A stretch of 64,000 nt of DNA from Thermoanaerobaculia bacterium (GCA_963816185.1 CAWFJJ010000001.1:608001-672000), one strand, 5' to 3'; numbered from the stretch's first letter, positions 20,476-31,571 are shown. Notes: generated by a model from the letters alone, not told the origin. Translations and numbers: made by a program.

Positions 20476-21107
20476 CTCTTCCCGCGATCCGCCGGATCTC
20501 GGGCACGGCGCTGCCGCTTTTGGGCGACGACATCGACACCGACCGCATCATCCCCGCGCGCTTCCTCGTCTCGATCACCTTCGAGGGGCTCGGGGCGCAC
20601 GCGTTCGAGGACGACCGGAAGGCCGCGGTGGCAAAGGGGGTCGCTCACCCGTTCGACGACCCGCGCTTTTCGGGCGCGAGGATTCTCCTCGTGAACCGCA
20701 ACTTCGGCTGCGGGTCTTCCCGTGAACACGCTCCGCAGGCGCTCGCACGCGCCGGCATCAAGACCCTCGTCGCCGAGTCCTTCTCGGAGATTTTCTTCGG
20801 GAACGCCGTCGCGATCGGCCTGCCGTGCGTGACGTTGCCGCGCGACGCGGTCCGGGAGCTGCAGAGTCTCGTGGAAGGCGCGCCGAAGTCCGAGATCTCG
20901 GTCGATCTCGAGGCGAGAGCCCTGATCGCCGAGGGAAAGACGTTTCCCGCCTCGCTTCCCGACAACGCGCGCGAGGCCTTCCTCTCGGGGAACTGGGACG
21001 GCACCTCGATGCTGCTCGAGCGGTTCGACGAGGTGAGAGCCGTGGCCGCCCGGCTGCCGTACGTCAGGGGGATTCGAGGCTCGAAGAGAACCGGCTTAGA
21101 AGGGTGA
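20472..21107 (+). CDS. leuD: 3-isopropylmalate dehydratase small subunit
   Basis: [28 protein letters not shown]. Confidence 0.95.
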   Translation: MTLPAIRRISGTALPLLGDDIDTDRIIPARFLVSITFEGLGAHAFEDDRKAAVAKGVAHPFDDPRFSGARILLVNRNFGCGSSREHAPQALARAGIKTLVAESFSEIFFGNAVAIGLPCVTLPRDAVRELQSLVEGAPKSEISVDLEARALIAEGKTFPASLPDNAREAFLSGNWDGTSMLLERFDEVRAVAARLPYVRGIRGSKRTGLEG

Positions 21108-21115
21108 GAAGAAAG
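21083..21115 (+). repeat. Dispersed motif cluster C (overlaps leuD stop)
   Basis: GAAGAGAACCGGCTTAGAAGGGTGAGAAGAAAGG. Confidence 0.55.
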
Positions 21116-21207
21116 GCGCCGCGCGGTGCGCGGCGGCATCCTTCCAGAGTCAGGTATGAAAAGAAACGCGCCGCGCGGTGCGCGGCGCGTCCTTCCAGGG
21201 TCAGGTA
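21109..21207. repeat. Two tandem ~48-bp REP-like hairpin units between convergent genes
   Basis: AAGAAA..GCGCCGCGCGGTGCGCGGCG..TCCTTCCAG.GTCAGGTA at 21109-21156 and 21161-21207. Confidence 0.8.
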
Positions 21208-21219
21208 CTCAACGAATCG

Positions 21220-22335
21220 TCATGGATGGAAGACGGCGATCACGCCGGCGTGGTCGGACCCGAAGGGCGGCGTCTCGAATGAAGGCGGTCTGGAGGAGCC
21301 CCGGGCCGGGGCGATCACCTGTTCCGAGCTCAACGCGTCGATATCCTTCGAGAAGAAAAGGTCGATCCGCTCGAACGGATTCGAAGCCGCGAAGAAGGGC
21401 GGCGGGAGCCCGCCGCCGGGAAACTGGTCCTCCAGGAAGAGCGGCCACGTGAGCCCGAGATCTCTCCTGCGGTGGGTCGCCGGCCAGGCCTCCGTGTAGC
21501 CGGCCGCCGGGAAGAGATCGACCGACGGCGTGTCGTCCACGAAGCCGCCGTGGTTCGCGTCGGAGTTGAAGTCGCCGCAGATCACGACGGGAATCCTCGA
21601 GATTTCGCAGGGCGTCGAATCAGCTCCTCCGCCTGCGCGACCTGCACGTCGGTCGCTTCCGGGACGCCCGGAACGGGAGATTCGAGGTGGGTCGTGACGA
21701 AGCGGAAACGCTCGTCCCCGATGTGGACGTCGGCCGAAATCCAGCCCGCTGTGATCGTCAACCCGGAAAAGGGAAATGCCGCGTCGAAGGTCTGCGAGCG
21801 GACGTTGGAGAGGTAGAAGCTGGGCCGGCGCAGGTCGGATCGGACGAGGACGGCGTTCCTGTCGGTGAACCGGAGCGCGCCGCCGATCTGGTCCCCGTCG
21901 CAGGGCGAGGTCGCTCAGGCTGATCTCGGCGACTTTGTCATAGGGGACGCCGAGCTTCTTGAGCGCCGAGCGAAGCAGGTCGAGGCTGTCGTAGAGGACG
22001 ACTTCGCGTGCCGCCGGTGGGCCGGAACCGCCAGAGCGCAACTTCCTGGAGCGCCACGATGTCCGGTTTCTCATGGGCGATCTGCGCTGGCCAGCAGCTT
22101 GGCGCGCCCTTCGAAGTTGCTCGCCTGAAGCTCGGCGAACGTGAGATCCACGGCGGACGGTACAGGTATGGGCAACTGCCCCGTGAGCGCCGCGATGACG
22201 TACGTCTGGTCCGTCCCGTCATCCATGTTCTGGGTCATGATCGTGACGGACGCATCCCGGTGGTGGCTGTCCGCGGCCGCCCAACCGGCCACGGCAAGGC
22301 TGAGAAGCGCGAGGGCTGAAGAACTTACGAAGCAT
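21220..22335 (-). pseudogene. Endonuclease/exonuclease/phosphatase family exported protein, about 5 frameshifts
   Basis: MTQNM, PDIVALQEV, TTHLES, ICGDFNSD, RIDLFF, SDHAGV spread over different frames; SD AAGGAG before ATG 22335. Confidence 0.7.
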
Positions 22336-22646
22336 AAGCTTTCTCCTTGAGGACTTGGCGAAGTCCAGTCGGATGGCGTGCGTCCGCGCTTGGAACGAAC
22401 CATCAGTTGTTCGCCTTGCGAGGCGATCTGGCTAAAGGTGGGGACTCTGGGCAGCCGGTCGCGATGATGCAGCTGAATCACGTGGAGAAGATGGGCTCCG
22501 CCGGCCCGAGAGTCTTCAGGGATTTGACTGGTTCTTCTGGTTTTCCGGGTCAAACCCTCGCGCCCCTTCACCAGAAAGAACCTGAAGAACCCTGAAGACT
22601 TTCCTTGGCGGCCGAACCCAAGTTCACCGTCGGAAAGGAGCCTCAC

Positions 22647-23111
22647 ATGAAGCGAACGCTCGTTCTTTCGCGAAACGCGCTCTTCTTCGGCCTCGCCGTC
22701 CTGGGTGCACTCCTCCTTCCCGCGTGCAACAAGAGCCTCGGCTCGTGGGATTTCTCCGGCCCGTTTGACATGCAAAGGACCATGCTTCGGGTGTACGTTC
22801 AGAATTCGGCTTCTTCGGAGATTTTCATTTCGTATCAGGGAAGTACGCCGCAACCTGCCCCTGCCGGCCAGACCGTCTATTTGACCCCTTACAGTTCCTT
22901 ACTTGCCCTTCCGAGCTCGGACTGGTTCCTCGTCCAGCGCCAGTCCGGGACGCTTGCACGCGTTTCCTTCCAGCCCATGCACTATCCCGAAAAGAAAGGC
23001 GATGTGAAGGACACGACGATCGCGATCGGAGAGCCTTCCCCGGGTCTGTTCACCGCGACCGCGGCCGAGCCGGACTGGATTCGAATCGTCTCCGTGACTC
23101 CGATGCCGTGA
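22647..23111 (+). CDS. Hypothetical lipoprotein
   Basis: SD AAGGAG; signal peptide ending LLPAC; lower GC than flanks. Confidence 0.7.
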   Translation: MKRTLVLSRNALFFGLAVLGALLLPACNKSLGSWDFSGPFDMQRTMLRVYVQNSASSEIFISYQGSTPQPAPAGQTVYLTPYSSLLALPSSDWFLVQRQSGTLARVSFQPMHYPEKKGDVKDTTIAIGEPSPGLFTATAAEPDWIRIVSVTPMP

Positions 23112-23142
23112 CGAAGATCCTAAAGCGCGCGTCCGGGCCCGG

Positions 23143-24036
23143 TCAGCGTTCCGCAGTGGCGCGGGCCTCGCGCACCATCTCGAGGAACGCGTGGGCCGCG
23201 TTCCCGAAGTTGCCGGCGGCGCGGTAGACGAGCCTGAGGTCGCGCGGGCGGCGCAGCTCGGGGAGCGTCGAGGCCGCGAGGCGGCCCGCCTCGATCTCCG
23301 AGAGCGCCGTGCGCCGGGGAAGCAGGGCGACGCCCATGCCGCGCTCCACGGCGCGTTTGACTCCGTCGAGGCTCGGCAGCGACACCTTGATGTTCAGGGG
23401 AACGCCGCGCTCTTTGTACTTGCGGAGCACGCGCTCGCGAGCGGGCGACGGGTCGCTGTGCGCGATGACGGTCGCCCGGCCGAACTCCTCGAGCGTCACG
23501 CGGCTCCTTTTCGCGAACGGGTGCCTCGGGTGCGAAAGGACGACGAGCTCGTCCGAAGCGAGGACGACCGTTCTCAGGCCTTTCTCCGACGGGACGAACG
23601 TCACGACGCCGAAGTCGAGCGCGGCGCCGAGAACTTCGACCCCGAGCAGGCGCGAGGGCGAGCGCTTCACGTCGAACTCGACGCCGGCGTGCGTGTCGCG
23701 AAAGCGCGCGATGAGCGGGATGAGGACCTCGACGCCGGACTCGTTCGCGCCGATCACGACGCGGCCGCGCTTCATGTCCTTCAGGTCCTTGACGGCTCGC
23801 TCGGCTTCCTCGGCCACGTTCAGGACGCGCTCGGCGTAGTCCTTCAGCGTGCGCCCCGCCTCCGTGAGGCGGGCCTCGCGCGTCGTCCGGTCGAAGAGGG
23901 TTTCGTCGAGGACCGCCTCGAGCCGGCGCACGGCCTGGCTCACCGCGGACTGCGTGCGGAAGAGGCGCACGGCTGCGCGCGAGAAGCTGCGCTCCTCGGC
24001 GACCGTGAGGAAGACGCGGAGCGAGAAGATGTCCAT
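23143..24036 (-). CDS. LysR family transcriptional regulator, divergent from ilv-leu operon
   Basis: LRVFLTVAEERSFSRAAVRLFRTQSAVSQAVRRLE HTH. Confidence 0.95.
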   Translation of the reverse strand: MDIFSLRVFLTVAEERSFSRAAVRLFRTQSAVSQAVRRLEAVLDETLFDRTTREARLTEAGRTLKDYAERVLNVAEEAERAVKDLKDMKRGRVVIGANESGVEVLIPLIARFRDTHAGVEFDVKRSPSRLLGVEVLGAALDFGVVTFVPSEKGLRTVVLASDELVVLSHPRHPFAKRSRVTLEEFGRATVIAHSDPSPARERVLRKYKERGVPLNIKVSLPSLDGVKRAVERGMGVALLPRRTALSEIEAGRLAASTLPELRRPRDLRLVYRAAGNFGNAAHAFLEMVREARATAER

Positions 24037-24099
24037 AAATATTCTTTATATTAGCAGCAGAAAAATTAGTTTGACGGCGAGGGCCCGGCGCGGTCCAAT
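24036..24099. promoter_or_regulatory. AT-rich LysR-type site and sigma70 promoter of ilv leader
   Basis: ATAAATATTCTTTAT dyad; TTGACG (24071-24076) - 17 bp - TCCAAT (24094-24099). Confidence 0.55.
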
Positions 24100-24106
24100 G
24101 CGGCTC

Positions 24107-24181
24107 GTGAACAGCCGCGTCCTCGGTCTCCTCGTCATTAACGTCCTCGTCCTTGAGACGAGCGGGGTGCAGGCCGGCTAA
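24107..24181 (+). CDS. ilv/leu attenuator leader peptide
   Basis: (M/V)[23 protein letters not shown], rich in Leu/Val/Ile; alternative start ATG 24098. Confidence 0.8.
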   Translation: MNSRVLGLLVINVLVLETSGVQAG

Positions 24182-24202
24182 GCGAGAGATCATCGAACAG
24201 CC

Positions 24203-24239
24203 GCCCCGCACCCCGAGAGGGGAGCGGGGCTTTTTTTTT
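24203..24239 (+). terminator. Attenuator terminator hairpin
   Basis: GCCCCGC-A-CCCC-GAGA-GGGG-A-GCGGGGC followed by T9; CGGGGTGC (24163-24170) can pair with the 5' arm as antiterminator. Confidence 0.85.
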
Positions 24240-24273
24240 GCAGCGGGAAACGGGAAAGGAGACCCATCAGGCC

Positions 24274-25989
24274 ATGAAGAGCGACGCGATGAAGAAAGGG
24301 CCGGCGCGGGCGCCTGCGCGCGCGATGCTCCGCGCCACGGGTCTCACGCTTGAGGAGATCGCCCGCCCGCTCGTGGCCGTCGTCCACTCGTGGACGGATC
24401 TGGGTCCCTGCAACGCGTCGCTCCGCGCCCTCGCCGAGGAGGTCAAGGCCGGTGTCCGCGAGGCCGGCGGCACGCCTTTCGAGTTCGGCACCATCGCGAT
24501 CTCGGACGGCATCTCGATGGGGACCGACGGGATGCGGGCATCCCTCGTCTCGCGCGAGGTCATCGCCGACTCCATCGAGCTCGCCGTCATGGGCCACGCG
24601 CTGGACGGCGTCGTCGCCCTTTCGGGCTGCGACAAGACGATCCCCGGCTCGGTGATGGCGCTCGCGCGCCTCGACCTCCCGTCCGTCGCGCTCTACGGCG
24701 GGTCGATCGAGCCCGGGCGCGTGAACGGGAGGGACGTCACGATTCAGGACGTCTTCGAGGCCGTGGGCGCGCACTCGGCGGGAACGCTCTCCGAGGCGGG
24801 CCTGTGCGACGTCGAGGCCGGCGCCTGCCCGGGCGCCGGCGCGTGCGGCGGCCAGTTCACGGCGAACACGATGGCGACCGCGCTCACCTTCCTCGGGATC
24901 TCGCCGATGGGCGCGAACGACGTCCCCGCGACGGACCCCGCGAAGGCCGCGGTCGCGCGCGCCGCCGGCCGTCTCGTCATGCAGCGCCTCGCGGACGGAC
25001 TCACGCCTTCGAAGATCCTGACGCGCGCGGCCTTCGAGAACGCGATCACGTCCGTCGCCGCCACGGGCGGCTCGACGAACGCGGTCCTGCACCTTCTCGC
25101 GATCGCGCGCGAGGCCCGCGTCCCGCTCGTCCTCGACGACTTCGACGCGATCGCGACGAGGACGCCGATCTTCGTCGACTTGAAGCCGGGCGGACGTTTC
25201 ACGGCGCCCGACCTCTCTCGCGCGGGCGGCTCGCGTCTCGTCGCCAAGAGGCTTTCGGATGCGGGCCTCCTGAAGCGCGCGATGACGGTTACGGGCCGGT
25301 CCATCCAGGAAGAAGCCGCCGAGGCGCGCGAGACTCCCGGGCAGGAAGTCGTGCGCGACATCGCCCGGCCTCTCAAGAAGACCGGCGGCCTCGCGATCCT
25401 GCGCGGCTCCCTCGCGCCCGAGGGCTGCGTCGTGAAGCTCGCGGGGCACGAGCGCCTGAAGCACACCGGAGAGGCGCGAGTCTTCGACGGCGAGATCGCC
25501 GCGTTCGCCGCCGTCGAGCGCCGGCAAATCCGCCCGGGCGACGTCGTCGTGATCCGCTGGGAAGGCCCGAAGGGCGCGCCCGGCATGCCGGAGATGCTCG
25601 CGGTCACGGCGGCGCTCGTGGGCCAGGGCCTCGGCGAGTCGGTCGCCCTCGTCACGGACGGCCGCTTCTCGGGCGCGACCCACGGCCTCATGGTCGGGCA
25701 CGTCTCACCGGAAGCGGCGGCCGGCGGCCCGATCGCGTTCCTCAAGGACGGCGACCGCGTGACCCTCGACGTCACCGCCCGCCGCCTCGACTTCGAGGTG
25801 GGCGACGAAGAGATGGCCGCACGGAGGCGCGCATACCGCGCCCCGGCTCCGCGGGCCACGACGGGCGTCCTCGCGAAGTACGCGCGCCTCGTCTCCTCGG
25901 CTTCCGAGGGAGCGGTGACGAGCCCGGTCGCGCCGGCCGCGTCCCCTTCCCTCGCGACCGCGTCCGAGCGCGCAGGGGTGAGCGCGTGA
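24274..25989 (+). CDS. ilvD: Dihydroxy-acid dehydratase
   Basis: [36 protein letters not shown]. Confidence 0.95.
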   Translation: MKSDAMKKGPARAPARAMLRATGLTLEEIARPLVAVVHSWTDLGPCNASLRALAEEVKAGVREAGGTPFEFGTIAISDGISMGTDGMRASLVSREVIADSIELAVMGHALDGVVALSGCDKTIPGSVMALARLDLPSVALYGGSIEPGRVNGRDVTIQDVFEAVGAHSAGTLSEAGLCDVEAGACPGAGACGGQFTANTMATALTFLGISPMGANDVPATDPAKAAVARAAGRLVMQRLADGLTPSKILTRAAFENAITSVAATGGSTNAVLHLLAIAREARVPLVLDDFDAIATRTPIFVDLKPGGRFTAPDLSRAGGSRLVAKRLSDAGLLKRAMTVTGRSIQEEAAEARETPGQEVVRDIARPLKKTGGLAILRGSLAPEGCVVKLAGHERLKHTGEARVFDGEIAAFAAVERRQIRPGDVVVIRWEGPKGAPGMPEMLAVTAALVGQGLGESVALVTDGRFSGATHGLMVGHVSPEAAAGGPIAFLKDGDRVTLDVTARRLDFEVGDEEMAARRRAYRAPAPRATTGVLAKYARLVSSASEGAVTSPVAPAASPSLATASERAGVSA

Positions 25990-27734
25990 GCGCCCAGTTC
26001 CAGCCCGCCGCACAGTTCCTGCCTCGCGAGAAGACGCGCGTGAGGGCCGCGAACGCGATGGCCGCCGAGCTCGTGGCGCAGGGCGTGACGCACATCTTCG
26101 GCCACCCGGGCGGCGCCTCGCTGCCGCTGTACGACGCGCTCCTTTCGGCTCCGATCACGCACCTCCTCATGCGGCACGAGCAGTGCGCGGCGCACGCCGC
26201 GCAGGGCTACGCGCGGGCCACGGGCCGGCCCGGCGTGTGCCTCGCGACGTCGGGCCCCGGCGCGACGAACCTCATCACGGGCCTCGCCGACGCGATGCTC
26301 GACTCCACGCCCGTCGTGGCGCTCACGGCACAGGTCGCGACTCCGCTCCTGGGCCGCGACGGCTTCCAGGAGGCCGACATCCTCGGCATGACGGCGCCGG
26401 TCACGAAGCACAACTGGCTCGTCCTCGACGCGCAGGAACTTCCCGGCACGGTGCGCGAGGCCTTCCGCCTCGCGTCCTCCGGGCGGCCCGGCCCCGTCCT
26501 CGTGGACGTGCCGCGCGACGTGCTGCAGACGGAGATCGACTGGGAGGTGGGAACCGCCGCCACGTCGCTCCCTCTCCGGCGCGCGGACCCCGTGGGCCTC
26601 CGCCGAGCGGCGTTCGCGATCTCGAACGCGAAGCGCCCGATCCTCTACGTGGGCGGCGGCGTCATCTCGTCCGGAGCGTCCGCGGAGGTGCGGCGCCTCG
26701 CGAGGAAGACGCGCATCCCCGTCACGACGACACTCATGGGAAAAGGGGCTTACCCCGAGACGGACGCACTGTCCGTCGGCATGCTCGGCATGCACGGCAC
26801 GGCCTACGCGAACTGGGCCATGAACGGCAGCGACCTCATCATCGCCGTGGGCGCGCGCTTCGACGACCGCATCACGGGAAAGCTCGCCACGTTCGCGCCG
26901 CACGCGAAGGTCGTCCACATCGACATCGACGAGGTCGAGATCGGCAAGAACCGCAAGGCCGATTACCCCCTCCACGGCGACGCCCGGGCGGTCCTCCAGC
27001 AGCTTCTGCCCCTCGTCGGCGCCCCCGACACGTCCGAGTGGTGGAAGGAGATCGAGGCGTGGAAGGCGAAAGCGCCCTTGAGGTACCGGGAGGAAGGCGA
27101 CGTCATCCTCCCGCAGTTCGCGATCGAAAGGCTCTGGCGGCTCACGCGTGACCACCGTCCGATCGTCACGACGGACGTCGGCCAGCACCAGATGTGGGCC
27201 GCGCAGTTCTGGAAGTGCGACGAGCCCGGCGTGTTCATCACGTCCGGCGGGCTCGGCACGATGGGCTTCGGCCTCCCGGCCGCGCTCGGCGCGCAGTGCG
27301 GGCGGCCGGACCGGCTCGTCATCAACCTCAACGGGGACGGCAGCTTCCAGCAGACCATGCAGACGCTCGCGACGGCGGTGGAAGCCCGCCTGCCGCTCAA
27401 GGTCGTCGTGATCGACAACCAGGGCCTCGGCATGGTGCGGCAGTGGCAGGACCTCTTCTACGACCGCCGCTTCTTCTCGGTGGAGCTGAAGAACCCCGAC
27501 TTCGCGAAGCTCGCCGAGGCGTTTGGCGCCGCGGGCTTCACCGCGCGGCGGCCGGACGAGCTGGATGCCGTGTACGAGAAGGCCCTTGCCGTGACGGGCG
27601 GTCCCGCGCTCGTCCACGTCGTCACCGAGCCCACCGAAAACTGCTTCCCCATGTGGCCCGCGGGCCAGTCCATCGACACGATGGTCGTCGAGGACCCGAG
27701 GCACGCGGCGAAAAGCGCGAAGAAGAAGAGCTGA
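25986..27734 (+). CDS. ilvB: Acetolactate synthase large subunit
   Basis: [44 protein letters not shown]. Confidence 0.95.
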   Translation: MSAQFQPAAQFLPREKTRVRAANAMAAELVAQGVTHIFGHPGGASLPLYDALLSAPITHLLMRHEQCAAHAAQGYARATGRPGVCLATSGPGATNLITGLADAMLDSTPVVALTAQVATPLLGRDGFQEADILGMTAPVTKHNWLVLDAQELPGTVREAFRLASSGRPGPVLVDVPRDVLQTEIDWEVGTAATSLPLRRADPVGLRRAAFAISNAKRPILYVGGGVISSGASAEVRRLARKTRIPVTTTLMGKGAYPETDALSVGMLGMHGTAYANWAMNGSDLIIAVGARFDDRITGKLATFAPHAKVVHIDIDEVEIGKNRKADYPLHGDARAVLQQLLPLVGAPDTSEWWKEIEAWKAKAPLRYREEGDVILPQFAIERLWRLTRDHRPIVTTDVGQHQMWAAQFWKCDEPGVFITSGGLGTMGFGLPAALGAQCGRPDRLVINLNGDGSFQQTMQTLATAVEARLPLKVVVIDNQGLGMVRQWQDLFYDRRFFSVELKNPDFAKLAEAFGAAGFTARRPDELDAVYEKALAVTGGPALVHVVTEPTENCFPMWPAGQSIDTMVVEDPRHAAKSAKKKS

Positions 27735-28200
27735 AGAAGGACAAAGAAGAGAAGAAGAGCTTAGAAGGAAATATTCAGAGAGAACGAAGAGGAAGAGGAA
27801 CGGCAATGGAACAGATCTTCGACATCAGGATTCAGAACGTGCCCGGGATTTTGGCGCGCGTGGAGTCGATCTTCAGGCGGCAGCGCGCGCCCATTCGGGG
27901 GTTTTGCTTAGAAGGGGAAGAAATGACTGGCGCGGCGCATCTCACGATCACTGCCATGGCGAACGGCGACGTCGCCAATCTTCTGAGAAAGCAACTGATG
28001 CGGCTCATGGACGTGGAAGCGGTCGCCGATACCGGCGCCAGCGCGGCCCGCGCCTTCGCTCCGCCCGAATCCTCTTTCACCTTCAAAGAAAAAACTGCTT
28101 AACCCGAAAAAAGCCGCAAGCAGGAACCGATCGGACGTCCCAACAGCCCTATTCACCATCGAAGAAGAAACAGCGTTACCCAAGCCGAGAAGACAACACG
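27721..28200. repeat. Dispersed motif cluster D (purine-rich island around ilvN)
   Basis: + CTTAGAAGG at 27760 and 27907; - copies at about 28075-28095 and 28151-28170. Confidence 0.65.
27806..28102 (+). CDS. Short ACT-domain acetolactate synthase regulatory subunit (IlvN/IlvM-like)
   Basis: [16 protein letters not shown]...[14 protein letters not shown]; lies between ilvB and ilvC. Confidence 0.75.
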   Translation: MEQIFDIRIQNVPGILARVESIFRRQRAPIRGFCLEGEEMTGAAHLTITAMANGDVANLLRKQLMRLMDVEAVADTGASAARAFAPPESSFTFKEKTA

Positions 28201-28221
28201 AAGCAGAACGGGAGCAGAACG

Positions 28222-29235
28222 ATGGCGACGATCTGGTACGACAAGGACGCGGACATCTCCCGCCTCAAGGGGCGGACGGTGGCGATCATCGGGTATGGCA
28301 GCCAGGGGCACGCGCACGCGCTGAACCTCAGGGACAGCGGCATCTCCGTGGTGGTCGGGCTGCACGCGACGTCGAAGTCCGCCGCGAAGGCGAAGGCGGA
28401 CGGCCTGACCGTGCTGAGCGTCGACGAGGCCGCGAAGCGCGCGGACATCATCATGATCCTGACGCCCGACACGGGCCAGAAGAACCTCTACGACTCGTCC
28501 ATCATGCCGTACCTCTCGGCCGGCAAGACGCTCATGTTCGCGCACGGCTTCAACATCCGGTTCGGACAGATCGTGCCGCCGGCCGACGTGGACGTGTCGA
28601 TGGTCGCCCCGAAGGCGCCGGGCCACCGCGTGCGCGAGCTGTTCCGGGAAGGCGAGGGCACGCCCGCGCTGCTCGCGGTCGAGCAGAACGCGAGCGGCCA
28701 CGCCCGCGAGGACGCGCTGGCCTACGCGAAGGCGCTCGGCGCGACGCGCGCGGGAGTGCTCGAGACGACGTTTGCCGAGGAAACCGAGACGGACCTTTTC
28801 GGCGAGCAGGCGGTCCTCTGCGGCGGCACGTCGGCGCTCGTGAAGGCTGGTTTCCAGACGCTCGTCGAGGCGGGCTACCAGCCGGAGGTCGCGTACTTCG
28901 AGTGCCTGCACGAGCTGAAGCTCATCGTGGACCTCATGTACCGCGGCGGCCTGAACTACATGCGCTATTCGATCAGCGACACGGCCGAGCACGGCGACTA
29001 CACGGCCGGCCCGCGCATCGTGACCGAGGCGACGCGCGGCGAGATGAAGAAGATCCTCCAGGAGATCCAGGACGGCGTCTATGCCGAGAAGTGGATCGAC
29101 GAGAACCGGAAAGGACGCCCCGAGTTCGAGGCGACCCGCGAAAAGGAAAAGAACCAGCTCCTCGAGAAGGTCGGCCAGGAGCTGCGCGCGAAGATGCCGT
29201 TCCTGAACCCGGTCGTCGTGGACAAGGTGGCCTGA
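28222..29235 (+). CDS. ilvC: Ketol-acid reductoisomerase
   Basis: [35 protein letters not shown]. Confidence 0.95.
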   Translation: MATIWYDKDADISRLKGRTVAIIGYGSQGHAHALNLRDSGISVVVGLHATSKSAAKAKADGLTVLSVDEAAKRADIIMILTPDTGQKNLYDSSIMPYLSAGKTLMFAHGFNIRFGQIVPPADVDVSMVAPKAPGHRVRELFREGEGTPALLAVEQNASGHAREDALAYAKALGATRAGVLETTFAEETETDLFGEQAVLCGGTSALVKAGFQTLVEAGYQPEVAYFECLHELKLIVDLMYRGGLNYMRYSISDTAEHGDYTAGPRIVTEATRGEMKKILQEIQDGVYAEKWIDENRKGRPEFEATREKEKNQLLEKVGQELRAKMPFLNPVVVDKVA

Positions 29236-29236
29236 A

Positions 29237-30472
29237 ATGCGAATTACGATCTTCGACACGACGCTCCGCGACGGCGAGCAGGCGCCGGGCTTCTCGATGC
29301 GCGAGGCCGAGAAAGTGCGCCTCGCCCGGAAGCTCGACGCCCTCGGCGTGGACGTGATGGAGGCGGGCTTCCCGATCGCCTCCGAGGACGACTTCAACTC
29401 CGTCCGGGCCGTCGCGCGCGAGGTCCGGCGCCCCGTCATCGCGGCGCTCGCGCGCTCCGTGGACGCCGACATCGACCGCGCCGTGGCGGCCCTGGAAGGC
29501 GCCGCGCGCCCCCGCATCCACACGTTCCTCGCGACGTCCGACCTCCACCTCGAGCACAAGCTCCGGATGTCTCGGGCTGAATGTCTCGACGGCGCCGCGG
29601 CCGCCGTGCGAAGGGCGCGCCGGCACGTGGACGACGTGGAGTTCTCGGCCGAGGACGCGACGCGCAGCGACCTCGATTTTCTCGTCACGGTCATCGAGGC
29701 GGTCGTCGAGGCCGGCGCGACCACGGTCAACCTTCCCGACACGGTCGGCTACGCGACCCCGGACGAGATCGTCCGCTTCTTCAAAGCGGTGCGCGCGCGG
29801 GTGAAGGGCTCTGACCGCGTCGTCTTCTCGGCGCACTGCCACAACGACCTCGGCCTCGCGGTGGCCAACAGCCTCGCGGCCCTCGAAGGCGGCTGCCGGC
29901 AGATCGAGTGCACCGTGAACGGCATCGGCGAGCGCGCGGGGAACGCCTCTCTCGAGGAGATCGTCATGGCGCTCCGCGTGCGGCCCGACAGGCTGCCGTT
30001 CACGACCGGCATCGCCACGCCGGAGCTCTTCTCGTCGAGCCAGCTCCTCGCGGAGATCACGGGCGAGAGCGTCCAGTCGAACAAGGCCATTGTCGGCCGC
30101 AACGCCTTCGCGCACGAAGCCGGCATCCACCAGGACGGCATCCTCAAGGACCGAAGGACGTACGAGATCATGCGGCCCGAGGACGTCGGCGTTCCCGAGA
30201 CGACGCTCGTTCTGGGCAAGCATTCCGGCCGCCACGCGCTGAAGAACCGCTGCGCCGCCCTCCGGATCGAGCCCACGCGCCTCGAGCTGGACGAGCTCTA
30301 CAAACGGATGATCGCTCTCGCGGACCGGAAGAAAATCGTGGGCGACAACGACCTCTTCGACCTCTGGAGCGCGATGAAACGCGCTGCGGCACGGGCGAAG
30401 GCGCCCGCGGCGCGCGTCTTCCGCGAGGAGACCGCTCCCGCCGAAGAAGCGGGCTACGGGCACGGGGTCTGA
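29237..30472 (+). CDS. leuA: 2-isopropylmalate synthase, short form
   Basis: [35 protein letters not shown]; 411 aa. Confidence 0.9.
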   Translation: MRITIFDTTLRDGEQAPGFSMREAEKVRLARKLDALGVDVMEAGFPIASEDDFNSVRAVAREVRRPVIAALARSVDADIDRAVAALEGAARPRIHTFLATSDLHLEHKLRMSRAECLDGAAAAVRRARRHVDDVEFSAEDATRSDLDFLVTVIEAVVEAGATTVNLPDTVGYATPDEIVRFFKAVRARVKGSDRVVFSAHCHNDLGLAVANSLAALEGGCRQIECTVNGIGERAGNASLEEIVMALRVRPDRLPFTTGIATPELFSSSQLLAEITGESVQSNKAIVGRNAFAHEAGIHQDGILKDRRTYEIMRPEDVGVPETTLVLGKHSGRHALKNRCAALRIEPTRLELDELYKRMIALADRKKIVGDNDLFDLWSAMKRAAARAKAPAARVFREETAPAEEAGYGHGV

Positions 30473-30473
30473 C

Positions 30474-31559
30474 GTGGGGCGACGCGCGCGCATCGCGGTC
30501 CTCCCCGGGGACGGAATCGGCCCCGAGGTGACGGCTGCGGCGTTGACGGTGCTCAAGGCCGTCGCGGCGCGCTTCTCTCACGACTTCGTCGTGTCGGAGT
30601 GGCCGATCGGCGCGATCGCGATGCGCACGAAAGGCCTTCCGCTTCCAGAGGAGACTCTCGCGGCGTGCCGCGATGCCGATGCGGTGCTCCTGGGCGCCGT
30701 CGGCGATCCCGCGTACGACCTCGCGCCGCGTGACAAACGCCCGGAAGCCGGGCTTCTCGCGATCCGCAAGGCGCTCGGCCTCTACGCGAACGTCCGTCCG
30801 GCCCGCGTATTCAGGGGCCTCGAAGACGCGGGCCCGCTCAAGCCGGAGATCGCCCGGGGTCTCGATCTCGTCGTCGTGCGCGAGCTGACGGGCGGGCTCT
30901 ATTTCGGGACCCCGCGCGCGCTGGATCTCACCGCGGGAACGGCCGTGAACACCCTGCCGTACTCGCGGCCCGAGGTGGAGCGGATCGCCGAGGTGGCGTT
31001 CCGTCTCGCGTCGGGCCGAAGGAAGAAAGTCACGTCGGTCGACAAGTCCAACGTCCTCGAGACCTCGCAGCTCTGGCGCGCGGTGGTGACCGAGGTCGGC
31101 AATCGGCATCCGGACGTCGTCCTCGAGCACCAGCTCGTCGACTCGTGCGCGATGAACCTCGTCCTCACCCCGTCGGCCTTCGATGTCGTCGTCACGGAGA
31201 ATCTCTTCGGCGACATCCTGTCCGACGAGGTGGGCGCGCTCGTGGGCTCGCTCGGGCTCCTGCCCTCGGCGAGCCTCGGTGACGGCCCGGGCCTCTTCGA
31301 GCCCGTGCACGGCTCGGCGCCGGCGCTCGCGGGACGCGACGTCGCGAATCCGATCGGGGCGATCGCGACGGCCGCGATGCTCCTCGAGGACGGGCTCGGC
31401 TTAAAGGAAGAAGCCGCGGCGGTCCATCGGGCGATCGAGACGGTTCTGGAAAAGGGCGCGCGCACGGCGGATCTCGCGCCGCGCGGCACGCGGGTGCTCG
31501 GCACGCGCGAGATGGCGCGGGCGGTGGCAGACGCGATCCCGGCTCATGTGGCGGTCTGA
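30474..31559 (+). CDS. leuB: 3-isopropylmalate dehydrogenase
   Basis: LPGDGIGPEV, VRELTGGLYFG, NLFGDILSD, FEPVHGSAP. Confidence 0.95.
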   Translation: MGRRARIAVLPGDGIGPEVTAAALTVLKAVAARFSHDFVVSEWPIGAIAMRTKGLPLPEETLAACRDADAVLLGAVGDPAYDLAPRDKRPEAGLLAIRKALGLYANVRPARVFRGLEDAGPLKPEIARGLDLVVVRELTGGLYFGTPRALDLTAGTAVNTLPYSRPEVERIAEVAFRLASGRRKKVTSVDKSNVLETSQLWRAVVTEVGNRHPDVVLEHQLVDSCAMNLVLTPSAFDVVVTENLFGDILSDEVGALVGSLGLLPSASLGDGPGLFEPVHGSAPALAGRDVANPIGAIATAAMLLEDGLGLKEEAAAVHRAIETVLEKGARTADLAPRGTRVLGTREMARAVADAIPAHVAV

Positions 31560-31571
31560 ACGGAGGAAGTC

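Noticed and set aside
18996-21107. 703-aa ORF looking like a LeuC-LeuD fusion
   Set aside because: Artefact of the leuC frameshift; the middle is off-frame Arg-rich sequence and leuD has its own coupled ATG.
21109-21207. Possible CRISPR array
   Set aside because: Only two units, 4-bp gap, no spacers, no cas genes.
24744-27806. Very long antisense ORFs (e.g. 1020 aa) here and across the window
   Set aside because: Shadow ORFs expected opposite real genes in high-GC DNA; Arg/Ala/Gly-rich with no motifs.
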